Positions 42,121 to 51,784 of a DNA stretch of 64,000 nucleotides are shown one piece after another. Location: contig OY968762.1 of the NCBI GenBank assembly GCA_963695225.1, positions 1,792,001-1,856,000 of the forward strand. Reading direction: 5' to 3'. The stretch's first letter is position 1. Every line of letters starts with the position of its first letter. The notes under the pieces are model-generated. The model made no database searches, was not told the DNA's origin, and worked only from the letters and a program-made list of their open reading frames with translations. This DNA comes from Vulcanimicrobiota bacterium (GTDB taxonomy: Bacteria; Vulcanimicrobiota; Vulcanimicrobiia; Vulcanimicrobiales; Vulcanimicrobiaceae). Both the position numbers and the translations under genes were made by a program.

Positions 42121-43641
42121 GTGGCGAAGGAACGACTCGGAAAAGTCTGGCTCGTCGGCGCGGGGCCGGGCGACCCCGGCCTGCTCACGCTCAAAGCGGC
42201 GCGCGCGATCTCTTCGTGCGAGGTCCTCGTCTACGACTATCTGGCGTCGAATGCGATCGTGAGTCTCGCCCCGCCCGATTGCGAGAAGATCTACGTCGGC
42301 AAGAAAGCCGGCGCGCACACGCTCACGCAGGATGAGATCACGGCGCTGATCGTGCGCTTGGGCCTCGAAGGCCGCCGCGTCGTGCGCCTCAAGGGCGGGG
42401 ACGTCTTCGTCTTCGCGCGCGGCGGCGAGGAAGCGCGCGAACTTCGGGATGCCGGCGTTCCGTTCGAGATCGTCCCCGGCATCACGTCCGCGATCGCAGC
42501 ACCGGCGTACGCCGGCATCCCGATCTCGCATCGCGATCACAACACGTCGTTCACGATCGCGACCGGGCACGAGGATCCGACCAAAGGCTATAGCTCGATC
42601 GATTTTGCGAAGCTCGCGAATCCGGCGCAAACGCTCGTCTTCTTGATGGCGATGGGGAACCTGCGCGGCATCGTCGCGAAGCTGATCGAGAACGGGATGC
42701 CAGCGGACCAACCCGTCGGGATCGTTCGCGAGGGGACGCGCCCCACGCAAGAGACGCTCGTCGGGACGCTCGGCACGATCTGCGACGAGGTCGAACGGGT
42801 GAAGTTTGAGGCGCCGGCGATCGTCGTGATCGGGAACGTCGTGCGCGAACGCGAGCACATCCGCTGGTTCGATACGGGCCCGCTCTTCGGCAAGAAAGTC
42901 TTGGTCACGCGCGCGGTCGGGCAAGCCGACGATCTCGCGACGAAGCTCTGGGAGCGCGGCGCCGAACCGATCCTCGCCCCGACGATCGCGATCGGGCCGC
43001 CCGACGATCTCGAACGCGCCGAAGGGGCGGTCCGCAACGTACGCTCCTATCAATGGATCGTCTTCACGAGCACGAACGGCGTCGCTGCGTTCTTCGACCG
43101 GCTCTCGGCGAGCGGCGGCGACGCGCGCGCGCTCGGCGACGTGAAGGTCGCCGCGATCGGCCCCAAGACCGCAGGCGCGCTCGTCGCGCACGGCATCCGG
43201 CCGGATTTCACGCCCGCGAAGTTCATCAGCGAAGACGTCGCGGAGGGTCTGCTCGAGCGCACGGCGAGCGGCGACCGGATCCTGCTCTACCGCGCCGCGG
43301 AGGCGCGCGACGTGTTGCCGCAGACGCTGCGCGCGAAAGATCGAATCGTCGAGGTCGTCGCGGCCTACAAGACGGCGCTCGTGCTCGATGCCGCGCTCGC
43401 GGAAGCCGCGCGTCGCGCCGACGTCTGGACGTTCACGAGCGCGAGCACGGTGCACGGCTTCAACAAGAACGTCCCCGACGCAGCCTCGCTCGCGCGCGGC
43501 AAGACGATCGCCTGCATCGGCCCGATCACGGCCGCCGCCGCAACGGAAGCCGGCTTCCCGCCGACGGTCGTCGCCGACGACTACACGGCGGACGGGCTCG
43601 TCGAAGCGCTGGAACGATCGGCCCGGCAAACGAGCGCGTAG
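42121..43641 (+). CDS. cobA: Uroporphyrinogen-III C-methyltransferase / uroporphyrinogen-III synthase fusion (CobA-HemD)
   Basis: VWLVGAGPGDPGLLT, RLKGGD.FVFARGGEE, PGITS; then VLVTR, FTSTNGV, IGPKTA, FTSASTV, IGPITA. Confidence 0.95.
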   Translation: MAKERLGKVWLVGAGPGDPGLLTLKAARAISSCEVLVYDYLASNAIVSLAPPDCEKIYVGKKAGAHTLTQDEITALIVRLGLEGRRVVRLKGGDVFVFARGGEEARELRDAGVPFEIVPGITSAIAAPAYAGIPISHRDHNTSFTIATGHEDPTKGYSSIDFAKLANPAQTLVFLMAMGNLRGIVAKLIENGMPADQPVGIVREGTRPTQETLVGTLGTICDEVERVKFEAPAIVVIGNVVREREHIRWFDTGPLFGKKVLVTRAVGQADDLATKLWERGAEPILAPTIAIGPPDDLERAEGAVRNVRSYQWIVFTSTNGVAAFFDRLSASGGDARALGDVKVAAIGPKTAGALVAHGIRPDFTPAKFISEDVAEGLLERTASGDRILLYRAAEARDVLPQTLRAKDRIVEVVAAYKTALVLDAALAEAARRADVWTFTSASTVHGFNKNVPDAASLARGKTIACIGPITAAAATEAGFPPTVVADDYTADGLVEALERSARQTSA

Positions 43642-43704
43642 CCTTCACCCTCGACGGGCGCAGAGTGACCGTGGCCCTCGGGTCATGGGTCACCGAGGTG
43701 AAAA

Positions 43705-43733
43705 TTGACGGCTCGCGCGTGAAAAGGTAGCCT
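43705..43733 (+). promoter_or_regulatory. Putative sigma70 promoter for the DUF92 gene
   Basis: TTGACG-N17-TAGCCT, about 25 nt before GTG 43758; preceded by a long imperfect hairpin (43644-43702). Confidence 0.45.
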
Positions 43734-43757
43734 CGCACCTCGCCGAAGGTCGGCCCG

Positions 43758-44555
43758 GTGCGTCTCTCGCTCGCTCCGCTGACGGATTTCGATCTCGGTG
43801 CGCTGCTCGCGGCCGTCATCGGGTTCGCGGCGTGGCGCGTTCGCGCGCTGACGGCGGGCGGCGCAATCGGCGCGGCGCTCGTGGGGACGGCGACGTTCGG
43901 CGCGCTCGGGATGCGGGGCGCGTTCGTCTTGCTCGCGTTCTTCGTTAGCTCGATCGCGCTCTCGCGCCTGGGGAAGGCGCGCAAGGCGGCGCTCGTCGAC
44001 GCGGGAAAAAGCGGTCCGCGCGACGGCGCTCAAGTCTTCGCAAACGGCGGCGTCGCGGCGATCTGCGCGCTGCTCGCGCTCGGCGGGGATCAGCGTTTCG
44101 CGGTCGCCTTCGCAGGAGCGTTCGCGGCCGCGACCGCCGATACGTGGGCGACCGAGATCGGGACGCTCTTCGGCGGGCAGCCGCATTCGATTCTCACGTT
44201 CCGTCCGATCGCTAAGGGCCTCTCCGGCGGCGTCTCGCTCGCCGGAACGCTCGCCTCGTTCGCGGGCGCGTTGCTGCTCGGAGCGGTCGCGGCCGCGGCG
44301 GGGTTCGGGAGCTTCGCCGCCGTCGCGCTCGCCGGCGTCGCGGGCTCGCTCTTGGATTCCGTTCTCGGCGCCTCGCTGCAGTCGCTGCGCTGGTGCCCGC
44401 AGTGCGCGCGCGGCTGCGAAACCGATCCGCATGCCTGCGGCGCGAACACGACGCCGCTTCGCGGGCTGAGCTGGTTCGGCAACGATGCCGTCAACTTCGC
44501 GGCGACGCTCGGGGGCGCGCTCCTCGCATTCGCGCTCGCCGCGCGCCCGAGCTAG
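43758..44555 (+). CDS. DUF92 (TMEM19-like) membrane protein
   Basis: RDGAQVFANGG, ADTWATEIG, GLSGGVS..G, DSVLGA.LQ, CPQC, NDAVN. Confidence 0.9.
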   Translation: MRLSLAPLTDFDLGALLAAVIGFAAWRVRALTAGGAIGAALVGTATFGALGMRGAFVLLAFFVSSIALSRLGKARKAALVDAGKSGPRDGAQVFANGGVAAICALLALGGDQRFAVAFAGAFAAATADTWATEIGTLFGGQPHSILTFRPIAKGLSGGVSLAGTLASFAGALLLGAVAAAAGFGSFAAVALAGVAGSLLDSVLGASLQSLRWCPQCARGCETDPHACGANTTPLRGLSWFGNDAVNFAATLGGALLAFALAARPS

Positions 44556-44561
44556 CGGCGT

Positions 44562-44819
44562 TCAGGCGGACGCGTTCCCGTACTTCTTCTCGAGGTACGG
44601 GATGATGTCGTCGTCGTCGCTGAGGACGACGTCGCCGTCGACCATCACCGGGATGCTCGTCTGCCCCGAGACCTCCTTGACGATCCCGCGCTCCGAATGC
44701 GGCCGCGGCACGTTGACGTTCTTGTAGTCGAGCAAGAGGTCCGTGAGCTTCGAGCGCACGCGCACGCAGTACGGACACCACTCGGCTTGATACAGCACGA
44801 TCTCGGTTGGGCGGCCCAT
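44562..44819 (-). CDS. Glutaredoxin-like protein
   Basis: CPYC, SGQTSIPV; AAAGGA SD. Confidence 0.88.
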   Translation of the reverse strand: MGRPTEIVLYQAEWCPYCVRVRSKLTDLLLDYKNVNVPRPHSERGIVKEVSGQTSIPVMVDGDVVLSDDDDIIPYLEKKYGNASA

Positions 44820-44897
44820 GAAGATCCTTTCGGGAAAGTACACGACTCTTAGGTAGGGCCGCCGCCGAATGGTTGCAAGCTCGGATGAACGCCGGGA

Positions 44898-46373
44898 TCA
44901 GTCCGCCGCGACGCCCTCCGGGCGGGCGAACAGCCCCGCGATCCAACGCTCGACCTCGTCCACTCCGCGCGGGATCGCCTCCGAGAGAACCTCGCACCCG
45001 TCCGCCGTGATCGCGACGTCGTCTTCGATGCGAATGCCGATCCCGCGATAGCGCGCGGGGACGGTCAGATCGTCGATTTGGAAATAGAGGCCCGGCTCGA
45101 CCGTGAGGACCATCCCGGCTTCCAACTTCCCGTAGCGGTATGTTTGGGCGCGCGCCGCGGCGCAATCGTGCACGTCGAGGCCCAGCATGTGGCTGACGCC
45201 ATGCAGCGAGTAGCGCTTGTAGAACTGATTCTGCTCCGCCAACGCCTCCTCGGGCGTCGTGCGCAGGATGCCGAGGCGGGCGAGGCCCGCGGCGAGGACG
45301 CGCATCGCGGCGCGGTGGGGGTCGAGAAAATCCCGCCCGGGGCGGCATTCTTCGAGCGCCGCGGCGTGCGCGTCGAGTACGAGCTGGTAGATCTCTCGCT
45401 GTTCCGGCGCGAACGTCCCGGAGATGGGAAGCGTGCGCGTGATGTCGGCGGTGTAGAGGCTCTCCCCTTCGACGCCCGCGTCGAGCAAGAGCAGGTCGCC
45501 CTCGCGCAGCGCGCGATCGTTGCGCGTCCAATGCAGGATGCACGCGTTCGGCCCGGAGGCGGCGATCGTACCGTACCCGACGTCGTTCCCCTCGACGCGC
45601 GCGCGCAGGTTGAAGACGCCTTCGACGACGCGCTCGGTAGCGGCCGCGGGAAGCGCGCGAATCACGTCCTCGAAGCCCCGCTTCGTCGCGGCGATCGCCT
45701 GCCGCAGCGCCTCGAGTTCGAACTCGTCCTTGATCAGCCGCATCTCCGATAGCGCCGCCGCGAGTTCGCCGTCCCGTTCGTCTTGCGCCGGGAAGCGGGC
45801 GTCGAGCGCCGGATCGATGCCGCGCAACAGGCGCCACGCTCCGGCACCGGCGGCGAGTGCGGTGCAGGCCTGTTCGAGTTCCGCCAGCGGCCGGGCCGAA
45901 AGCCCGTAACGGGCGCTCGTCTGCGGCACGCCCAGGCGCGGCCCTACCCACAGTTCGCCCTTCGAGCGGTCGGAGAAGAACGTCGGATCTGTCTTCCCCG
46001 GATTCGGCTCGACGAAGAGGGTCGCGGCGGGTCCGTCGGGCGCAGGCGCGAGGACGAGCACGCCGTCGGGTTCGAGATTCCCGGTCAGGTAATAGAAGTC
46101 GGTCCCCGGCCGGAAGCGGTACGTCGTGTCGTTCGCCCGGATCTTCTCGTGCCCGGTCGGGATCACGAGCGTTTCCCCGGGGAAGAGCGCGGCGAGCGTT
46201 CTTCGCCGCGCGGCGAACCGTTCGGCACCCGGGATCGGTTCGGGAAGCGTCTGCGGAGGGGCCGCCCAGCCCGTCAGCATGAAGGCGCGTAAGTTCTCCG
46301 GCGTCGTGCCGTCGTGCGCGGCCCGCGCGGCGGACGGCACTTCCTCGCCCTGCCTCATCTCGTTGCTCCCCAT
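44898..46373 (-). CDS. pepP: Xaa-Pro aminopeptidase (M24B)
   Basis: FRPGTDFYYLTG, LLLDAG, YTADITRT, HGVSHMLGLDVHD, TVEPGLY, GIRIEDD. Confidence 0.93.
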   Translation of the reverse strand: MGSNEMRQGEEVPSAARAAHDGTTPENLRAFMLTGWAAPPQTLPEPIPGAERFAARRRTLAALFPGETLVIPTGHEKIRANDTTYRFRPGTDFYYLTGNLEPDGVLVLAPAPDGPAATLFVEPNPGKTDPTFFSDRSKGELWVGPRLGVPQTSARYGLSARPLAELEQACTALAAGAGAWRLLRGIDPALDARFPAQDERDGELAAALSEMRLIKDEFELEALRQAIAATKRGFEDVIRALPAAATERVVEGVFNLRARVEGNDVGYGTIAASGPNACILHWTRNDRALREGDLLLLDAGVEGESLYTADITRTLPISGTFAPEQREIYQLVLDAHAAALEECRPGRDFLDPHRAAMRVLAAGLARLGILRTTPEEALAEQNQFYKRYSLHGVSHMLGLDVHDCAAARAQTYRYGKLEAGMVLTVEPGLYFQIDDLTVPARYRGIGIRIEDDVAITADGCEVLSEAIPRGVDEVERWIAGLFARPEGVAAD

Positions 46374-46395
46374 GCCGGCCGTTTCGACGAGGTGC

Positions 46396-47310
46396 TCAGA
46401 GAATCGTCTTGCCGAGCGCGGAGAGGATGAGTTCGACGGCGAGCGCGGCGGTGCGATTGCGCTCGTCGAGGATCGGGTTGATCTCCGTGACCTCCATCGA
46501 CCCGAGCACCCCGGCTTCCGAGATCATCTCCATCGCGAGGTGCGCTTCGCGATACGAAAGGCCGCCGCGCGACGGCGTCCCGACTCCGGGCGCTTCGCTC
46601 GGATCGATGCCGTCCATATCGAACGACAGGTGCGCCGTTTCCGGCTCGCTTCCGAGGAGCGCGAGCGTCTCTTCCATCACGCGTTCCATGCCCAATCGAT
46701 CGACGTCGGTCATCGTGTACGCGCGCACGCCCCACTCGCGGATCGCGCGACGCTCCCCCGCATCGAGATCTCGCAGGCCGATCAGGACCGTCTTACCGGG
46801 ATCGATCGCATGCTCTTGCAGCGAGATCGCGACGGGCATCCCGTGAACGTTCCCCGAGGGTGAAGTCGCCGGCGTGTTGATGTCGCCGTGCGCGTCGATC
46901 CAGATCAACCCCGGTTGCCGCCCGCGCGCCCGCCGAATGCCGGCGAGCGTTCCGATCGCGATCGAATGATCGCCGCCGAGTACGAGCGGGAAGCCGCCCT
47001 CGCGGACGACGCGCTCGACGAGCTGCGCGAGTTCCTCGCACACGGCGCGAATGAGCGGAAGGTACTTCGCGCTCGCTTCGTCCATCGTCGCAGATTCCGG
47101 GACGGGGACGTAGAGGTTGCCGTGATCGTTCGTGGTCGCGACGCCGAGCAGGCCGAGGTTCTCTTTCAGGCGCGCGTAGCGAATCGCGGAGGGCCCCATG
47201 TCGACTCCGCGCCGGTCGGCGCCGAGATCCATCGGCACGCCGATCACGTCGACGCGCGCGGGGACCCGGCGCGGGGGGCGGTCGATATCCAGCTTCGAGG
47301 CGGCGACCAT
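46396..47310 (-). CDS. rocF: Arginase
   Basis: GVDMGPSAIR, GGDHSIAIG, DAHGDIN..SPSGNVHGMP, SFDMDGIDP..APGVGT, EINP. Confidence 0.95.
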   Translation of the reverse strand: MVAASKLDIDRPPRRVPARVDVIGVPMDLGADRRGVDMGPSAIRYARLKENLGLLGVATTNDHGNLYVPVPESATMDEASAKYLPLIRAVCEELAQLVERVVREGGFPLVLGGDHSIAIGTLAGIRRARGRQPGLIWIDAHGDINTPATSPSGNVHGMPVAISLQEHAIDPGKTVLIGLRDLDAGERRAIREWGVRAYTMTDVDRLGMERVMEETLALLGSEPETAHLSFDMDGIDPSEAPGVGTPSRGGLSYREAHLAMEMISEAGVLGSMEVTEINPILDERNRTAALAVELILSALGKTIL

Positions 47311-47328
47311 TTCGGCGCCTTCGCCCCG

Positions 47329-48459
47329 CTAGCGGCGCGAGCCCTGCGCGGCGGGTTCGCGCGCGGCGGTCGGCGGCGTGACCGCGGGCGCCGGCATCTC
47401 GGCGGCCCCTTCCTCTCCCAGCAGCGCGTAACGAGGAACCAGATGGATGAAGAGCACGCGCAGTATCCCGGCGACCGGTACGGCCAAGAACATCCCGCCG
47501 AGGCCGCCGAGTTCGCCGCCGATCAGGATCGCGACGATCACCATGAGCGGCGAGAGCCCGACGCTTTCGCTGACGACTCGCGGAGCGATCAGATGCCCTT
47601 CGAGCTGATTGATCACGACGAAGCACCCCGCGACGACGAGCGCTTGTTGCCAGCCGTCGTTGAAGAGCGCGAGGAGCACCGCCGGGACGAAACCGGCGAT
47701 CGCTCCGACGAACGGGATGATGTTCAAGAGACCCGCGACGAACCCGATCAGCACGGCGTACCTTACGTGCGTGGCGAGCAGCGCGATCGCGATCAGCGTC
47801 CCTACGATCGCTCCGACCAGAAACTGGCCGCGGATGAATCCGCCGAGCAATCGGTCGAGATCGCGAGCGATCGCTACGACCTTCGGTTGCGCCTGGGGCG
47901 GAACCGCGCGCAGCGCGCGGCTCGCGAGCGCCTCGTGCTCGATCATCAGATACGCGGAGATCACCGGGATCACGACGACCGTGGCGATGACGGAGACCGC
48001 CGAAAGCAGGATCGCGAGCGCTCGGGCCGCCGCTCCGCCCGCATACTGTTGTGCGAGCGACCCGATCTGCAACGGCAAATCGCTGAGATAGTCGCGCGCG
48101 TTCGGGGGTAGGCGCGCCCACAGCGGATTGGCGGGGTCGTTCAGCAACACCTGAGCGCGGTGCACGATCCCCGGATAGGCTTTCACGAGCGCTTGCGCGT
48201 CGTTCGCGAGCGCGGGGACCAGAAACGCGAACGCCAGCGCCGCAATCACCGCGAGCGCCGCGTAGACGAGCAAGATCGCGGCGATCGGCGGGACCCGCTT
48301 CGAGAGCGCGCGCACCGCCGGGTACACGACGTACGTGAAGAAGATCGCGCCGACCAGGATCACGGTGAACGAGTGAATCCGGTTCAGAAAATCGAGGATC
48401 GCCGAGAGCACCATCGCGCCGAGGACGACCAGCAAGAGCACTTTCAGCCAGTACGTCAC
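47329..48459 (-). CDS. AI-2E family transporter
   Basis: FIRGQ, IIPFVGA, QLEGHLIAPRV, GLSP, GMFLAVP. Confidence 0.88.
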   Translation of the reverse strand: MTYWLKVLLLVVLGAMVLSAILDFLNRIHSFTVILVGAIFFTYVVYPAVRALSKRVPPIAAILLVYAALAVIAALAFAFLVPALANDAQALVKAYPGIVHRAQVLLNDPANPLWARLPPNARDYLSDLPLQIGSLAQQYAGGAAARALAILLSAVSVIATVVVIPVISAYLMIEHEALASRALRAVPPQAQPKVVAIARDLDRLLGGFIRGQFLVGAIVGTLIAIALLATHVRYAVLIGFVAGLLNIIPFVGAIAGFVPAVLLALFNDGWQQALVVAGCFVVINQLEGHLIAPRVVSESVGLSPLMVIVAILIGGELGGLGGMFLAVPVAGILRVLFIHLVPRYALLGEEGAAEMPAPAVTPPTAAREPAAQGSRR

Positions 48460-48509
48460 GCGGCGCTCCGCGCGGGAGCGGGGGCGCCGGGCCCGTGGAG
48501 CTCCGACGC

Positions 48510-48968
48510 TCACCGGTCGAGCTTGACGGGCATTGCCGCGCGCAAGAGCGCGGCGAGCGGAGCGAAGGCCGCCTGCGCCGGGCCGCGCAACGCGCGCGAG
48601 AGCGGCGTCTCGACGTACCCGTCGTCGTAGTCGAGGACGGCCATGTGCGCCCGGCGCTTCTGCGGGAGTTCGTCGCTCCAGCGGTAGAGACGCTCGACCC
48701 CGTCCGGGAATTCGGCGCGCAGTCGAGCCATGAGCGCCGCATCGTCGGGCTCCTCTCGCACGAGGCGCGCCCACCCTGCATACGTCGTCCCGAGCACGGC
48801 CAGAACGTCCGCATCGACCGGACTCTGCCCGAAGAGATAGCCTCCGAGCGTCCCCGCGAGATGCGCGCGCGTCTTATCGATCAGACGCGGCAGCCAACGG
48901 ATCCCGTCGAGCGTCTCGGACCAGCGCCGCGGGGCGGTGACCCGCAGATCGGGCGCGTTCGTCGTCAT
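48510..48968 (-). CDS. DUF5069-like protein
   Basis: PDL...PR...L.G..WLPRLIDK.RA...GTL..Y, recalled as the family pattern. Confidence 0.7.
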   Translation of the reverse strand: MTTNAPDLRVTAPRRWSETLDGIRWLPRLIDKTRAHLAGTLGGYLFGQSPVDADVLAVLGTTYAGWARLVREEPDDAALMARLRAEFPDGVERLYRWSDELPQKRRAHMAVLDYDDGYVETPLSRALRGPAQAAFAPLAALLRAAMPVKLDR

Positions 48969-49030
48969 GCGCACCGATACGCCGTCCCCGGCGGGAGGCC
49001 CCGCCGAGCCAACCTGCGTAGACGCGGCAT

Positions 49031-50083
49031 ATGAACCGTCAAGCGGTGTGTGCCTTGCTCCTCGCCGCGTTCGGCGCGGTCCTTACGTCGAGCGGTTGCT
49101 CGCAGAGCAAGAACGCGTCGAGCGGGAACGCGACCGCGAGCCCGGCCGCGAAGACGCGCCTCGCGATGGTAACCGATATCGGCGGACTCGGGGACAAATC
49201 GTTCAACGATTCCGCTTACGCCGGCCTCAAGGAGGCCGAAAGCCGCCTCGGCGCCGACGTCCAGGTTCTGCAATCGAAATCCGCGGCGGATTATCAGCCG
49301 AACCTTTCGATGCTCGCGAACGCCGGCGCGGACGAGATCATCGCGATCGGCTTCCTGTTGAACAAGGATCTCACGAGCATCGCGAGCAGCTATCCGAACA
49401 GCCACTTCGCGATCGTCGATGCGGTCGTCGACCAGCCGAACGTCGCATCCGTGACGTTCCGGGAACAGGAAGGCTCGTTTCTCGCCGGCGCGCTCGCGGC
49501 GCTCGTGAGCAAGACGAAGACGATCGCGTTTCTCGGCGGGATGGACATCCCGCTGTTGCGCAAATTCGAAGCCGGGTTCACCGCGGGCGCGCACCAGATC
49601 GATCCGAACGTGAAGGTGCTCGTGAAGTACGTCGGCTCGTTCGACGATCTCCCCGCGGGCAAGGAGCTGGCGGGCGTGCTCTTCAACGATCGCGCGGACA
49701 TCGTGTTCGCCGCGGCCGGCAAGGCCGGTCTCGGAGCGATCGACGAAGTCCGCTCGCGCGACCATGCGTACGTGATCGGCGTCGACGCGAACCAAGACGG
49801 GCTCGCGCCCGGGAAGATCCTCACGTCGATGATCAAGCACGTCGACGTCGCGGTCTACCGCATCGCACAAGGCGCCGTCGAGCGCAAGTGGCCGGCCGGA
49901 AGCGTCGAGCTCGGGCTCAAAGACGGCGCGATCTCGCTGACCGACATGCGCTACACGAAGGCCGCGGTCGGCGCGGCGAACCTCGCGAAGATCGAAGCGC
50001 TCCGAAAGGCGATCGTCGACGGGAAGATCGTCCCGCCGTCCACGCGCGAAGAGCTCGCTTTGTTCAAGCCTGTTGCGCTGTAG
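49031..50083 (+). CDS. BMP family ABC transporter substrate-binding lipoprotein (nucleoside-type)
   Basis: Lipobox SSGC; GGLGDKSFN, EQEGSFLAG, IGVDANQ, TSMIK. Confidence 0.92.
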   Translation: MNRQAVCALLLAAFGAVLTSSGCSQSKNASSGNATASPAAKTRLAMVTDIGGLGDKSFNDSAYAGLKEAESRLGADVQVLQSKSAADYQPNLSMLANAGADEIIAIGFLLNKDLTSIASSYPNSHFAIVDAVVDQPNVASVTFREQEGSFLAGALAALVSKTKTIAFLGGMDIPLLRKFEAGFTAGAHQIDPNVKVLVKYVGSFDDLPAGKELAGVLFNDRADIVFAAAGKAGLGAIDEVRSRDHAYVIGVDANQDGLAPGKILTSMIKHVDVAVYRIAQGAVERKWPAGSVELGLKDGAISLTDMRYTKAAVGAANLAKIEALRKAIVDGKIVPPSTREELALFKPVAL

Positions 50084-50111
50084 CGGTTAATCGGTGGGGC
50101 GCGTAAGGCCC

Positions 50112-50260
50112 GCGTCGAGCGGGAGCCGGGACCCCCGGGCGGGGACGCGCGGTTTTTCCCCTCCTGGAAAAAACCGCGCTCGACACTGCACCGGCGCTCC
50201 GCCATCCCGGCTCCGCTTGTGCAGGCGCCCCGCCCGGGGGTCCCGGCTCCCGCTCGACGC
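50112..50260 (-). repeat. Intergenic multi-hairpin element, divergent copy 3 (149 nt, reverse orientation)
   Basis: Perfect 33-bp inverted arms 50112-50144 / 50228-50260; on the minus strand the flanks GGTA|GCGTC...GACGC|GGGCC match copies 1 and 2. Confidence 0.85.
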
Positions 50261-50305
50261 TACCGCACGGCTTGCCGCAGGCCGTGCGGCGCGGGCTGAC
50301 CGCCG

Positions 50306-51784
50306 GTGACGGAGGCTGCCGTAGAGCGAACCGAACCCGCGCTTTCGGTGCGGGGGATCGTCAAGCAGTATCCCGGCGTCTTGGCGCTCGACGGGGTCGA
50401 TCTCGATGTCGTTGCGGGCGAGATTCATGCGCTCTGCGGGGAGAACGGCGCGGGGAAATCGACGCTCGCGGCGATTGCCGCGGGGAAGGTCCGCGCGACG
50501 CGCGGGGAGGTGCGGGCTCGCGGGCGCGTCGGGCTCGTGCACCAGCACTTCGAGCTGGTCGACCGGTTGCGCGTTTGGGAGAACGTCGTGCTCGGGGCGG
50601 AGCCGCACGCGGGATTGCGGCTCGATGCGGGCGCTGCGCGGGAGCGCGTGCGCGCGCTTTCGCGGGGGTACGGGCTCGAGGTGGAGCCTGATGCGATCGT
50701 CGAGACGCTCCCCGTCGGCGTGGCGCAACGCGTCGAGATCTTGCGCGAGCTCTCTCGCTCGCCCGCTGTCCTGATCCTGGACGAGCCGACGGCGGTGTTG
50801 GCGCCCGCGGAGATCGATTCGTTCTTCGCGACGGTGCGGGCGCTCGCGCAGCGCGGGGCGGCGATCTTGATCGTCACGCACAAGCTGCAGGAGGTCGTCG
50901 CGCACACGGAGCGCGTCACGGTGTTGCGCGAGGGGAAGGTCGTCGCGCGCTTCGAGACGGCGCGGACGTCGGTCGACGAGATCGCGCGCGCGATGGTCGG
51001 CGGGGAACTCCCTGCGCTGGCGGCGCGCAAGGCGACGGACGTGCGGCCGTTGTTCGCGGTCCGCGAGTTGACGGCGGGGGACGCGGCGCGCGGCGTTCGG
51101 GGCGTCAGCTTCGAGGTCGGCGCGGGGGAGATCGTCGGGATCGCGGGCGTGGAGGGGAACGGGCAGACCGCGCTGGCGGATGCGATCGCGGGGACGATCC
51201 CGGCGCGAGGGAGCGTGCTGCTCGACGGGGCGGCGCTTGTCGGCGAAGCGCCGGGGGCGCGGATCGGAGCCGGGATTCGGACGATTCCGCAGGACCGGCG
51301 GCGCGAGGGCCTCGTCGAGGCGTGGTCGATCGTCGAGAACGTCGCGCTCGGGGATCAGCGCCGCGCCTTTCGGAAGGGAGCGAGCTTCGATCGGGTCGCG
51401 GCGAAAGCACGCGCGGAACGCGTGATCGCGGAGTTCGACGTGCGGACGCCCTCGGCGCTGACGGCGGCGGGCGCGCTTTCCGGCGGGAACCAGCAGAAGG
51501 TCGTCGTCGGGCGGGCGCTAGCCGGAGAGCCGCGGCTCGTGCTCGCATATCAGCCGACGCGCGGGATCGACGTGGGCGCGGCGGCGCTCGTGCAGTCTCG
51601 TTTGATCGAGGCGCGGAATCGCGGCGCGGGCGTGCTGTGGATCTCGTTCGAGCTGGACGAACTGTTCGCGTGCGCGGACCGCATCCTCGTCATGTATCGC
51701 GGCGCGATCGCGGGGGAGTTCGCGCGCGGCGCGTTCGATCGCGCGCGCATCGGCGCGCTCATGGCCGGAGCATCGGCCTTATGA
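50306..51784 (+). CDS. CUT2/nucleoside ABC transporter ATP-binding protein (two NBDs)
   Basis: GENGAGKST, LILDEPT, GVEGNGQ, LSGGNQQK, QPTRGIDVG. Confidence 0.93.
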   Translation: MTEAAVERTEPALSVRGIVKQYPGVLALDGVDLDVVAGEIHALCGENGAGKSTLAAIAAGKVRATRGEVRARGRVGLVHQHFELVDRLRVWENVVLGAEPHAGLRLDAGAARERVRALSRGYGLEVEPDAIVETLPVGVAQRVEILRELSRSPAVLILDEPTAVLAPAEIDSFFATVRALAQRGAAILIVTHKLQEVVAHTERVTVLREGKVVARFETARTSVDEIARAMVGGELPALAARKATDVRPLFAVRELTAGDAARGVRGVSFEVGAGEIVGIAGVEGNGQTALADAIAGTIPARGSVLLDGAALVGEAPGARIGAGIRTIPQDRRREGLVEAWSIVENVALGDQRRAFRKGASFDRVAAKARAERVIAEFDVRTPSALTAAGALSGGNQQKVVVGRALAGEPRLVLAYQPTRGIDVGAAALVQSRLIEARNRGAGVLWISFELDELFACADRILVMYRGAIAGEFARGAFDRARIGALMAGASAL

